Source: Halocafeteria seosinensis
Taxonomy: Eukaryota
Reading direction: 5' to 3'
DNA: 64,000 bases
Assembly: GCA_001687465.1 (NCBI GenBank)
Contig: LVLI01000109.1
Span: 1 to 64,000 of the forward strand
The notes under the pieces are model-generated. The model ran no database searches, was not told the DNA's origin, and worked only from the letters and a program-made list of their open reading frames with translations. Below, piece after piece: positions 1-11,704 of the stretch. The stretch's first letter is position 1. Each line of letters starts with the position of its first letter. Made by a program: the position numbers and the translations under genes.

Positions 1-7
1 TTTTGTC

Positions 8-2326
8 ATGGCCGGGGTGCAGTCTCACCTTGCATGTGCACAGCTATTGTACCTGCATGCGTCCGCTCAAAAACATGCGAATGATGGCACAGATTTTGGC
101 CCGAGTGATCTTGAATCCCCCAATGCGTCGACCAATTCGATGTTTATGAGTCCGCAATGGGTTCCTCCGGAAACCCTACCTACCTTACAACCTCAGATTT
201 TGAATGTTATTGGCAAACGCTTGTCTTCTGCGGTCATTTCAGGAGCTCTAGACTGGCTCGTTCCGGCCCCTTACCATGTGCAAACTCGTACAATTGCATG
301 GCCACCCCAAAAAACTGCCATCCAGGACTGCTCGGACCGGTCAGTGTCCCTCTTGAAAGAAAGAATGCTCCAAGGTCTAGAACATCCTGAGTTGCACTAT
401 TTCCAATTTGGGTGCCAGACGGACGAGGACTTAAGACAAGGGGGAGATACGCTACCTTCATCAACTCGCTATTTCACATGCCTACTCTTTCCGCAGCCTA
501 TTTGCCTAGATTGGAGGAGCATTACAAGACACCTGGAAGACGCTAATGCCGGAGAAGGAGCCAAAGCCTACGAGCTTGTCGCCGCTGTTCGGGAGTTGCT
601 ATCTCCAGCGAGTACAACCCATTATGCTGTATCATGGAAGTGTTTAAGCGTAATCTCTAGGTACCCGTTCCTTGGTTTATTTGAACGAATTTTGGTTGTA
701 GTGTACAATGTCTTCATTTTTCCTCAAATTGAGGAAGAGCTGGAAAACATAGCGCGAGTGGCAGTTCGAAGCCTAAATTTAACTTCGCACGATTCATATC
801 AGTGTTTTTCGCCGGCAGTACAGACTGGAGACTCCCCGATTGGAACTGTCGCTCCTTTGAAAGACATTTTGAAGGAGGGTTGTACGCTTCAGTGCAGTTC
901 CTCCTCTGGAACATTCTCTGAGTCATCTAATGGGAGGAAGCGGTTGTTTTCGGAGCCTTTGAGACGGTTGAGAGGCCTCAAACCATGGAGAAAAGATGGG
1001 AAGAATAAGATCCGTAAGCAAAATCAGAATAATTCTTTAAGTATTGACGATACTCCTCATGAATCCGTTAATATTGAAAACGGTTCGGATGAGGACGATG
1101 CTTTTGTTCGGGCTCCGTCAAAGAATGTCGTTCAGACTCTTGCAAGCGTGTGGCCGAAGTTAGAACAGCAAATTGAGTGCGTCATCGATTTCAGAGCGTT
1201 AACCGCCTGGCTGGAAAGGAAAGTATTTCCTCTTCATCCTCCTTCTCCATCGTGCACTGTTCGTATAGAGCTTGATACCGGCTCCGACGAAACTCGGGAT
1301 TTTATCTCTTGGGCTCGTCCCGGATATCCCCAGGAATACGACGAACGGTTGCTTGAAATAACTAGCGCGTGTCGTTACCCTGCTGTTCGTGATCTATGCC
1401 GTCGCTTGGCTCAAGATCACCGTCGTATTTCGGACGATGTTGGCCTTCCGCTAGGTTCCGAGGAATCCAATGAGCTGATCCAGGAGCATGCCCTTCCACA
1501 TATCTTGGAGACAATTCCTGTGCACACACTTGTTGCACTTATTGGATCTCTACTAGTGGACGACAAAGTCATCATTACAGGCCAAAATCTAATTGGTCGC
1601 TCCACTGCGCGAAGAAGTTTTGTCCGTCACCTGAAGCAGCACAACTCCTTTCGTCCTCGTACAAAACCCACAGCAAGCGCATATCGTGTCCCTCGTTCTT
1701 GGATGCAAGATCGCTATACATTGTCTTTGACCGTGCTTTTTTTACGGTCAATAATTTCTCCGCTCCAATGGGTGTACCCGGTGCTTCCTATAATTCCTGT
1801 AAAATCAATGTCATTACTGGCTTCCCCTGTGCCGATCCTAGCCGGTGTGGATTACACCGATGAGGAGGATATGCCAACGGAGCGGAGCTTGATATATAGT
1901 CTTCACGATGGGTCTCTCTATCGACCAAATACATCATATGGAGGCCATTCTCCTGCGCTGGAGGAAGAACATTTGGAACCGCAATTACCCAATGCCAGCA
2001 TTCTACATTATGAATTGTCTCGTATCGCATCGCTATTGAGGTCAAACCCTCAAAACGCTGATTGTAGCGACATCGCGTTCCGAAGTCATGACTTTTGTTT
2101 ATGTGCCAAAGAACACATATTTTGTTTGCTAGTGGAGATATGGGAAGTAGAACATGACTCCTGCTGCGAAAACGGTGAACCCCTGGTGAGCAAGTTTAGA
2201 CGGAAACTGGTACAGGAGTTTCGACATTCGGAAATCCCGTTTTGGAACCGGTTTCTTAGGACGCAGCTGGTTGAACAATACAGCGCTTTGATGAAACCAC
2301 ACTCGGATACCCTGACCGGGTCGTGA
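8..2326 (+). CDS. DENN-domain protein (putative Rab GEF), possibly 5'-incomplete
   Basis: 772-aa ORF with DENN-like segments 'CLSVISRYPFLGLFERIL', 'LVALIGSLLVDDKVII', 'ISPLQWVYPVLPIIP..LLASPVPILAGV' and a C-terminal 'FWNRFLRTQLVEQY'. Confidence 0.75.
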   Translation: MAGVQSHLACAQLLYLHASAQKHANDGTDFGPSDLESPNASTNSMFMSPQWVPPETLPTLQPQILNVIGKRLSSAVISGALDWLVPAPYHVQTRTIAWPPQKTAIQDCSDRSVSLLKERMLQGLEHPELHYFQFGCQTDEDLRQGGDTLPSSTRYFTCLLFPQPICLDWRSITRHLEDANAGEGAKAYELVAAVRELLSPASTTHYAVSWKCLSVISRYPFLGLFERILVVVYNVFIFPQIEEELENIARVAVRSLNLTSHDSYQCFSPAVQTGDSPIGTVAPLKDILKEGCTLQCSSSSGTFSESSNGRKRLFSEPLRRLRGLKPWRKDGKNKIRKQNQNNSLSIDDTPHESVNIENGSDEDDAFVRAPSKNVVQTLASVWPKLEQQIECVIDFRALTAWLERKVFPLHPPSPSCTVRIELDTGSDETRDFISWARPGYPQEYDERLLEITSACRYPAVRDLCRRLAQDHRRISDDVGLPLGSEESNELIQEHALPHILETIPVHTLVALIGSLLVDDKVIITGQNLIGRSTARRSFVRHLKQHNSFRPRTKPTASAYRVPRSWMQDRYTLSLTVLFLRSIISPLQWVYPVLPIIPVKSMSLLASPVPILAGVDYTDEEDMPTERSLIYSLHDGSLYRPNTSYGGHSPALEEEHLEPQLPNASILHYELSRIASLLRSNPQNADCSDIAFRSHDFCLCAKEHIFCLLVEIWEVEHDSCCENGEPLVSKFRRKLVQEFRHSEIPFWNRFLRTQLVEQYSALMKPHSDTLTGS

Positions 2327-2949
2327 TGCATACTCGGCAACGTTTGACTTCCACTCCAAGTCTGCATTTCTTCGTGATATACACTGGTTGCGTCACCATC
2401 ATTTGCTTGTTTTACGACAATCCAGCTGCGTACTCCTCTTATAAGGCACAAATTCGAAAATGGGTTGGCACACCATCCTTTATCTGCAGAATATATCGTC
2501 GGGTAGAAGCCACGGAGCGGATCAGAACGCGTAATGGGATGTGTACCAGTTCCGCTTGTTTGCTATAGCAAAATCGTCAAGCAAGAACCGGAGAACCGCC
2601 GTTCCAATATTGCATGTGAGCATAACTGAAGAGACACACTACCGCCTTCAGTACTATCTCACAAAATACATTAGCATCCTCAGTTCTGCTATTCATTGCA
2701 CCGTTTCGGACGACTGTATGATCAAGCGTTAACTTTGGATGTGAGCTAGGGAGGTTATTCCGTTTTGCTTATTCCGTTCTGGTTTTGTTGTCGTTTAAGT
2801 TCGTATAGGAGATTCCAATGTTAACTTTCAAATCCAGCATGTGTGATCGTGAATTGCCGGCAGCCTCGAATCAAGAGTACCGTCAGGCGCGACACATGTG
2901 AGATTACAACTGCCATATTCAGCATAGAGAATTTTGGCAGGTGCTACCA

Positions 2950-4011
2950 TTATCCTATGTCAGTTTGAGAAGTATCGGAACGGATTATGTGAAGTAGCCT
3001 CTTGCGGGCAGCCGCAGCTTCGATCAGCGAGTCAAGAGGAGAACAACATCTAGCATCTCTCTTAGGTATTCGGTGGAATGCGTGGTCCCTGAATACTGCA
3101 GATTCGGCGGTTCTCTCCTCACACAAAGTAAGAAAGCTGGATACTGACCGTTCATTCTTTCTGCTGAGATTCGCGTTGGATACTGCTCTGACTCTGTCGC
3201 TCCCATTCCCAGAATCATGCTTGGATAGCAAACCTGGGTCGGTTCTCTCATCTAGGTTCCCCGCACAAAAACTACAAGAGCTGGATGTTGGTCGTTCGTT
3301 CATTTGACTCGGACAAGCTTTTGAAACTTTTCTGGCTCGACAATCCGCTTTTTCAGCTTCATATTTGAATAGCGGAGGCCGATCGGTTTTTTCATCAACG
3401 TCCCATGGGTAAACACTGGAATCACTTGAAGAACTGGATGTTGGTCGTTCTTCCTTTTGGCTGAGACAAGCATTGGAAGCTGCCCCGGCTCTGTCATTCG
3501 ATTCTCCATTTTCACGTTTTATTGGTGGTGCTGGCTCGTTATTCTCCTCTACGTCCCCCGCAGAAGAACTACAAAAACTGGAAGAGCTGTTCCGTATGCT
3601 GGGACTCGCTTTGGGCGCTCCTCCGGCTCTGTCATTCGGTTTCCCAGCTTCATGTTTTTGTAGCGGAGGTCGGAAGTATTCTTCACTGACTTCTCCAGCA
3701 AAATAACTACACGATTTGTACTCTGGGCACCCATATCCTTTGCTGGTACACACACTGCGCAATGCTCTTTCTCTCCTATTGAGTTCGCAGGCAATTTTTT
3801 GCTTTTTCCGTGTTCTGATAGGATAGGGAGAGAAACGCCCAAATCTTTCTGCTACTTTTTTCGATGTCCAGCTTGTGTTTCTGCATCGGCTTGTATGTGG
3901 TAATCCGTGCGCAGTTGAGAGATCACATACATGCATGGTATAACTCACTTCGGGTGCTCGCTGCTGATGTTGAGTAGGATCCGGATGATTTGTTTCGTCG
4001 AGTACGGACAC
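2950..4011 (-). CDS. Hypothetical Ser-rich protein with four ~43-aa imperfect internal repeats
   Basis: 353-aa ORF; the unit (PPL.K.E....DRA....A..S...ER..SSS) recurs four times. Confidence 0.5.
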   Translation of the reverse strand: MSVLDETNHPDPTQHQQRAPEVSYTMHVCDLSTAHGLPHTSRCRNTSWTSKKVAERFGRFSPYPIRTRKKQKIACELNRRERALRSVCTSKGYGCPEYKSCSYFAGEVSEEYFRPPLQKHEAGKPNDRAGGAPKASPSIRNSSSSFCSSSAGDVEENNEPAPPIKRENGESNDRAGAASNACLSQKEERPTSSSSSDSSVYPWDVDEKTDRPPLFKYEAEKADCRARKVSKACPSQMNERPTSSSCSFCAGNLDERTDPGLLSKHDSGNGSDRVRAVSNANLSRKNERSVSSFLTLCEERTAESAVFRDHAFHRIPKRDARCCSPLDSLIEAAAARKRLLHIIRSDTSQTDIG

Positions 4012-5222
4012 GGGACTACCGCTGGTGAATTACTCCCCGTCACTGTTGGCAAGATTAGTTTTTTTACTTCCCATTTCATCGATTTTGGGTCCTTGACTCC
4101 ATGAAGAGCTAAGACATCTGCAAGGCAAGCAAAAACGAAAACGTAAAGCACACCGCTAGACCTGCGGTCCGTTTCAGTATCAGATGGGAAGGATATCCAT
4201 CACTACCACTATGGCATACCTTGTGAGACGTTCTTTCCACCAAGAACATAGCGTATGTAATTTGACCGAATCACAAGCGGACGAAAGCCGTGCATCTGCG
4301 ATTCCAATGAATTCAACGTCCTTCACAGCATTCCAAGATGGCATAAGTGTCACTCACAGCTACGACGCTACGGAAGTCATAGGACATCGTCTCTTTTTCA
4401 TCGTATAGATCCCCTTCGCTGATGTTGACGTGCGTGGACATGTTTCCCGAGAAATCCGAGGCAGACACAGCCAGAATGGTGGCGAAAAGCCACAACTGGA
4501 GGATGAATCCCACACACGCAGATGGGATGCAAAACAAACAACGTACACTAAAGACACGTTATTCGTACACACACAGTAGTTCCCTTTCTCTTCACTGCAA
4601 TCTCCAAAATTGCATGTCTCTTGTCAGTCAACACACCGATGATACGACAGTGTTCGCCCCGTGAAGTTGTTCAAAAGTGTCCAAAAAACCGAAAAAAATG
4701 TCACATCTATTCTAAGGGGAGGAATACACTTACTGAGTCCCCGTACCACACTGTGTCACTGCATGGTTATAAAGGTTGAATTGATACATGCAAATGGGAT
4801 GAAAAACAAGGCAAGACGCGTTACAGTATTTGTACAGCTGTGTAGTCTCGTTACTGTGACTGTCATCGCCCGCCCAAATTACCTGTCTAGTGTTAACACA
4901 CAGATACCGGTGTAATACATGGTCAGCCATGTCATCTGTTAAAATTGAAACCATACATTTCCTCACTTTGTATTTCCCAAATGCAATCCCACATACTACT
5001 CGTCTTCAGAAGTACCCTTTCGCTGTGTACATAATGTTTCGTACAATAGTTGACGATGTGGAGTACCGGACAACTGCAGTTTCATCCGAGCACACCCGCC
5101 GCTGTAATTTTTCGCACTCACTTGCAGTTTCATTCTACAGATCCATGCATCGGTCATTTCAAAACAAAGCCCCATCCCATCGGTGTATGCCGCCAGACGC
5201 ATTGCAATGGACGGGTTATACA

Positions 5223-5631
5223 GTAGTTGCTTGCATTCACACAGTTCCAACTCCTCCAATGGAGTTTTCATTTTCTGCCCTCCATATGATCTCTCATCTC
5301 TTAATGATTCCTTTATCGGCCTCCTTTCCTAATACTTGTTGTGCCATGCAGTACTGCTTGCGTACAGTACATGTACACTACATGTACGTATTTCCTCAAC
5401 TCATGCATGCATCCCGCACTTACAGTACAGTGTGTAGTTGTTTGCATTCACGCAGTTCCAACTCCCCCAATGGAGTTTTCATTTTCTGCCCTCCATATGA
5501 TCTCTCATCTCTTAATGATTCCTTTATCGGCCTCCTTTCCTAATACTTGTTGTGCCATGCAGTACTGCTTGCGTACAGTACATGTACACTACATGTACGT
5601 ATTTCCTCAACTCATGCAAGCATCCCGCACT
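5223..5631. repeat. Near-perfect tandem duplication, period 211 bp
   Basis: gtagttg...atcccgcact at 5223-5420 repeats at 5434-5631 with only a few substitutions. Confidence 0.95.
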
Positions 5632-5785
5632 CACGGCTACCAAGGTCAGCAGTCCATGTATACAGTACTGCTAGCAGTTGTTAATCAGTGAATATCTGCG
5701 TGTTGATTGGTTGGTTGGTTAGTTTTTTTTCTTTCTAATTCATACAACACAACAAAAAATACACGCTCGCCCCATACCATTCGAC

Positions 5786-7726
5786 ATGAATGCCTCCTCC
5801 TCGTGCTCCTCTGCGCCGTCGAGCAGTAAGATGAAGGTGGATGAGGAGCTGCTCCTGGTGCATCAAAGGGATCATGCGTGGCGGCAGCTCGATGCTCTGG
5901 CGCATAATGTGCTCGAGACCACGTTAGCTCTGCTGGATGAGACTCCAGGGACGAGGACAAAGAAGAAACAGACTGTATACTGTCGAGAGGACATACACAA
6001 GGCCGGGAAGAGAGCCATTGCGCAGTGTATACAGCAGATACAGCCCCATACAAAAGCACGAGCAGGGGAGGATATGGACTGCTTGGTGCCTTTGCCCCAG
6101 TCCGAGGCAAAGAACATGGACAAGGGGGAACGATGTATACGATGCCAGTGGCTCAACCCCCAGGATGCTGTCTTTTGTGGAGGATGCGGCCGACACCTAG
6201 AGAGCATCAACAAGGCGACCACCACACAGGAGGAAGAAAGGGGTACCACTAGTACTACTCGAACAGAGCGTGAGGGGACAACGACGTCTGCATCTGTGGC
6301 GTCATCTCAGTCCTCGTCGAGTGTGCAACAACAGCAACAACCGCAAGTGAAGCATTCCTTCTCTGGGGACGAAGTTACCACAACAGAGGCAGCAGCACCG
6401 AAAACGACCGGCATACCAACAACAACAGCTGCTTCGGATATTGATCGTGGTCAGAATACGGCAACTTCTCAATCTCGAGACCGTAATGATGCGGATGAGA
6501 GCAACGGTACTTGTACGACTGCTCAAACTCCAACGTTGTCGGCCGAGCTGCAGAGACGAGTTAACAGCATGAATATGAAAGAGATGAAAAATGTGATACG
6601 AGTGGCCAAACCCGAAAATCAGGAAACGATTCTGAAATCCTATGGGAAGGAAGATACAAGAGTTGTCGTCGCGCGGTTACTTGCAGAAAATCCTAATCTC
6701 CTAGAAGAAATTGCTGAAAAGAAAAAGCAACGCGCAATTGAACATGTAGAAGGATTGAATGTCAAGGGCCTCAAGGACATTGTTGTTACTGCTGGATATA
6801 GCAAAGATTATCTAAGTGATAATGGAATTGTCGACAAGGAAGACCTCCGTCGGATGGCACTGCGTCTGGTCAACCAAAACCCGCAACTCATTCGTTTAGC
6901 TACCTCGGCACGAAGAGGTGAGGACAACACCAGCGGCTCCATTGCATCCTCATCTGTCTTCGGTGAAAGCTCTGCTGCAGCGACTCAACAGTCGCAGAAA
7001 AGTCATAGTTTCTCAGATTCAGGAAATGCCACTCCTGTAACTCCTCCGGTCACAGCTACAGAGGATACTGAATACAGTCGAGATGACGTTAGAAAAGCTG
7101 AAAGTAAATGGATCCAAACTAGGGACAATGAAGGCCGTGAGTATTTTTATCACGCCGACACCCGCATTACTAGATGGGAGAAACCTACAGGACAGCTGGC
7201 TGCTAAGATGGAGGCCAGATTTCAAGCGGAAAAGCAAGCCGCCGAGGAACGCTCCCAAGTCAGATTACAACGACTCCAACAGTCGGATAACTCCGGAAAT
7301 TCATCGGCTGATCCGGAAAAGTTGCGTTCCCAGGTATCTACCGAAGTTGCCAAATGGGCGAAAAAAGCAGGTTGGCCTGGAAATAAGGTCACTGTCTCCG
7401 AGAAGAAACTCAAAGGGAAGAATCCTGCTGATATACTTCAAGAACTTCTAATTAGTCTTCCAGACCTACTGGGCCCGTACTTGACCAGCTCGACGGCTGT
7501 TGATGATTTTATGGTAAGTACGCGACAGCTCAAGCATGCCACGGCTGCCGACAAAGATTCTCTTTTGAAAAAGACCTATATGAAGACTATTCGTGTCGTC
7601 CATCCCGACAAAATGGTCACTTCCATAGACGGCGAATCCGAAGAGGATAGGATCAAGGGGAAGGCTATATCTGAGTTTACGTTTTCGGTTTTGTCGGCAT
7701 GTAATAACTACTGCAAGGGTAAATGA
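5786..7726 (+). CDS. Zn-ribbon + WW + C-terminal auxilin-like J-domain protein
   Basis: CIRCQWLN..FCGGCG zinc ribbon; WW domain 'WIQTRDNEGREYFYHADTRITRWEKP'; J-domain HPD motif 'LKKTYMKTIRVVHPDK'. Confidence 0.75.
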   Translation: MNASSSCSSAPSSSKMKVDEELLLVHQRDHAWRQLDALAHNVLETTLALLDETPGTRTKKKQTVYCREDIHKAGKRAIAQCIQQIQPHTKARAGEDMDCLVPLPQSEAKNMDKGERCIRCQWLNPQDAVFCGGCGRHLESINKATTTQEEERGTTSTTRTEREGTTTSASVASSQSSSSVQQQQQPQVKHSFSGDEVTTTEAAAPKTTGIPTTTAASDIDRGQNTATSQSRDRNDADESNGTCTTAQTPTLSAELQRRVNSMNMKEMKNVIRVAKPENQETILKSYGKEDTRVVVARLLAENPNLLEEIAEKKKQRAIEHVEGLNVKGLKDIVVTAGYSKDYLSDNGIVDKEDLRRMALRLVNQNPQLIRLATSARRGEDNTSGSIASSSVFGESSAAATQQSQKSHSFSDSGNATPVTPPVTATEDTEYSRDDVRKAESKWIQTRDNEGREYFYHADTRITRWEKPTGQLAAKMEARFQAEKQAAEERSQVRLQRLQQSDNSGNSSADPEKLRSQVSTEVAKWAKKAGWPGNKVTVSEKKLKGKNPADILQELLISLPDLLGPYLTSSTAVDDFMVSTRQLKHATAADKDSLLKKTYMKTIRVVHPDKMVTSIDGESEEDRIKGKAISEFTFSVLSACNNYCKGK

Positions 7727-8005
7727 AATGACTGAAGAGTCATATTTAGTCACAAACGGTAACGCATCAATTGTGTCCGCGTTCACCAGTTAGTAACGGT
7801 AAATCATGTAATAGAGTATTGAAAACACACCTGAAACGACAAGTTCATTTTCTTTCTATCCCAATCTAAAACACAAGCTAGTGGAGATCCTAATCCACAG
7901 AGCGCAAAAACACCGCATGCGCATGACCCGACGCACGCCAGCTAAGAAAAAAACGGGCTCTTTCGGACTGAGCGTAGTGCACTACCACGGTGAATATCTT
8001 CACAT

Positions 8006-11000
8006 CTACGGCATTCCACCTGAAGTACTCATGGTCTCGTATGCACTAAGTGGGGGACAAGAACAGATTAAGTTCCTGTCACCATAGACGTTATCCACGC
8101 GAGCGACACTGGGCCAGAACTTTCGTTCGCGGACCCACGGAAGAGGGAATGCCGCTTGAGCACGACTGTACGGATGGTTCCATTCTTCCGCTGACACATC
8201 TTCCGCAGTGTGTGGCGCATTGACCAGCACATTATTGTTTTGGGGAACGTCTCCGTTCTCTACCTCTCCAATTTCTTTACGGATGCTAATCATGGCCTCA
8301 ACAAACCTGTCGAGCTCTGATTTATCTTCACTTTCAGTGGGCTCAATCATCAAAGTACCAGCAAGTGGCCAACTCATGGTCGGAGCGTGGAATCCGTAGT
8401 CAATCAGGCGCTTTGCAACATCCTCTTCAGTAATGTGCGCACTCTGTTTGAAGGGCCGTAAATCCACGATAAATTCGTGGGCAACGGTCCCGTTTTTTCC
8501 GCTGAAAGCAACCTTATAGTGACCCGACAACCGTTTGGCTAAATAATTCGCGTTCAAGATTGCAGTCTCGGTAGCCCGGCGAAGGCCTTCTGATCCTAAC
8601 ATTTCCAGATACATCCACGTGATTGGCAGAATCATGGCACTGCCATACGGGGTGGCCGCAATACTGTCTGTATTCTTTTTCATTGTTCCATGGCCGTGTC
8701 CGCCGGTCGCTGTGACACTGTGACCAGGGAGATAAGGAGCAAGGTGGGCGGCCACACCAATGGCGCCGACGCCAGGGCCGCCACCGCCATGGGGGATGCA
8801 GAAAGTCTTGTGCAAGTTTAAGTGGCACACGTCTGCTCCGATAAGCCCAGGACTAGTGAGCCCGCATTGCGCATTCATATTCGCACCATCCATATATACT
8901 AAGCCACCAGCATCGTGTACCCTCTGTACTACTTCCGCGATACTATCCTCGAACACCCCGTAGGTTGATGGGTATGTAACCATTAGAGCTCCTAATTCAT
9001 CTTGGTGCTTATGCAATTTCTTGTTAAAATCATCTTCATCCATCACTCCGGTGGCCGGATCATTTTGAACCACGACAACTTTCATTCCAGCCATTACCGC
9101 GGAGGCGGGATTGGTGCCGTGTGCTGATGCCGGAATTAGACAAACATTGCGATGGGGTTCACCTCTTGCAGCGAGAAAGCTTCGAATCGCCCGCAGACCG
9201 GAATACTCTCCTTGAGCGCCCGAGTTAGGTTGAAAGCTCACAGCGGCAAAACCTGTAATCTCCGCCAGTCTGTCGGAAAGTTCCCTCATCATTTCACGGT
9301 ACCCTACGGCATGCTCCCTCGGAGCGAAAGGATGCATACTGGTGAATTCTGGCCATAACATTGGATCAAGCTCCGAGGTTGCGTTTAACTTCATTGTACA
9401 GGATCCTAGGGGGATCATGGAATGAGCAAGGGTTAAGTCGCGGCTAGCCAAGGTAGTCAAGTACCGCAGCATTGCCGTTTCATTATGATAACGATTGAAT
9501 ACCTCATGAGTCAGATACGGGCTACTCGCTGGTCGTTGATGACGCTGCGAAATTTCTGTTGCCAAATGCACCCAGTCTCGGGGATCAAAGGAGAGCTCCT
9601 CCTCATCCGACAAGTCCGAGTCATAGTCGATGGCGAATTCAGATCCAGATCCGGCGTCGTCATCTTTCTGTGCTAGCGCAGCAGTTCGACTCTCCCCGTA
9701 CCTCAGAACAGCCCGAAATATTCCCGCAAGATTGGACAAATCCTCGGTTGTAGTACATTCGTCAACGGAGATCCCAATGCTAAAGTCATCGATGCGACGC
9801 AGATTGTAACCTGCCCGTTTCGCAAAATCCATAACGACATCAGCATTAATTTTAGCTGGGTTGTCTGGCACAATGTCAATTTTCAATGTGTCAAAATATT
9901 CCCCGGGTTTACTCGCGACCCTGAACAGTCCGTTTCCTGGATAGTTTGAGGATGTGATCTGGGTCGGTGCTGCCGACAGTTTGTCATTGTTCACCGCGGA
10001 AATCATCCGTGCAAGCGTTGCCGTCTTAGCGTGTGTACGTGAAGCAATTTGCCTAAGCCCTTCGGGACCATGGTAGATGGCATAAGCAGCTGCAACGTTC
10101 GCTAACAAGGCCTGAGCAGTACAAATATTACTGGTAGCTTTGTCTCGCCGAATATGCTGCTCCCTCGTCTGCATGGCCATTCTGAGGGCAGGTGCACCGT
10201 GCTTGTCTTTGCTAACACCTATCACTCGACCTGGGATTCTACGAGTGAAATTACTCTTTGTTGCAAGAAAGGCGGCATGAGGCCCACCGTATCCCATCGG
10301 AACACCGAAACGTTGAGCTGACCCAACCGCAATGTCGGCTCCCCATTCCGAAGGGGGCCGAAGCAAAGTAAGCGACATAAGATCAACAGCAGAAATTACC
10401 AAACCGGAGTCGCTATGGACAGCCTCCGCAATTTCATCATAGTCGCAAGCGTTTAGCTGACCATAAGTGTTGGGATACTGGACTAACGTTCCTGCAAACT
10501 TTCCAGGGTTTTCAGCTAATTTGCTCGGTATGTCTTTCGCCGGACCTATAGTCACGTCAATTCCTTGGTCTTTGCAGCGAGTGTGAACCACGTCAATAGT
10601 CTGAGGGTGAACATCGTCTGAGACGTAGATGGCCCTCCGTTTCCCTTTGACTGAGTTAATCGCCAGGTTCACTCCTTCTGCGGCAGCCGTCGACTCATCC
10701 AGTAGCGATGCGTTGCTAATGTCCATAGCGGTTAGATCGCAAACCATAGTCTGGAAATTCAGCAACATCTCAAGCCGGCCCTGAGAAATCTCCGCTTGAT
10801 AGGGGGTATAAGCGGTGTACCAAGCTGCAAAGCACACGTACAATAGAAACACTAAATGAACACTCGCCATCGGCGGCACTGGCTAGCATTCCTGACCTAC
10901 ATGGATTCTCAAGCATGTTTCGCTTGATAACTTGGGGGGTCAGTGTATCAGAAAAACCCATACCAATAAGGTTTTTCACCTTTTTGTTTTGTTTTGCGAT

Positions 11001-11704
11001 GTTCCGTAGACGCTCCAATGCCTCCGATTCGGACTTTGCAGCACGATAACTTAGGCACTCCCGATTCAGGATGTTAGATGGAATAGTCGCCTCAATCAAC
11101 TGATCGAACGAAGTAAACCCCCCGGCGGCATCCAACATTTGGGCTGTTTCAGAGCTACCAGATGTTCCCAGGTGTCGTTGAAGGAACTGTAGTAAACAAC
11201 GATATAATGAGATTGACCATAAGAATTCCAAGGGCGGAGTAATGTTATCCTTGTAGACATACCACGTCAGACGCCTTCAGGTCGTTGTCCGTGTAGACGG
11301 CAGTGGTTGGAACATCCTCGGCCTCGAACTGACACCAATAGGAAAAACACAACACAAGTACAATGCAGAACTTTCAAAACAGTGTCTTCAGTGTGTCTTT
11401 TCTTAACCTACCTCTTTCTCGGTGTCGCTGTTCTCATTCTCAGAAGCCTTCGGAGCAAAAGCCTCCATTTGTTGCTGCGAACAAACGTGATCAGAATGAG
11501 TATAGTTTGCCAGTCTACAACGCGAAGCCAGCGGCACAAAGAATACGAAACACTTACAGTTGCTTTTGTCTGAGAGGCAAACCAAGCAGCATTGGATTGG
11601 CGTGTCAGCGTGTTAGCTCTGAAAGCCGCTGCAATGGAGTTAATACCTCCATGCCGTCGCCCAAAAGGGCGGGCCAGGCTCGTCGTCAATCGGGAACTTC
11701 TCAT
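8006..11704 (-). CDS. GLDC: Glycine dehydrogenase (glycine cleavage P protein), mitochondrial precursor, about five exons
   Basis: Motifs 'WYTAYTPYQAEISQGRLE', 'TREQHIRRDKATSNICTAQALLAN', 'MIPLGSCTMKLN', 'HLNLHKTFCIPHGGGGPG'; Arg/Ser-rich presequence exon from 11704; GT-AG introns near 11557-11475, ~11410-11330, ~11260-11190 and ~10900-10825. Confidence 0.95.

Noticed and set aside
4890..5691. ORFs of 217 aa and 116 aa
   Set aside because: They arise from the tandem duplication and have no protein-like features.
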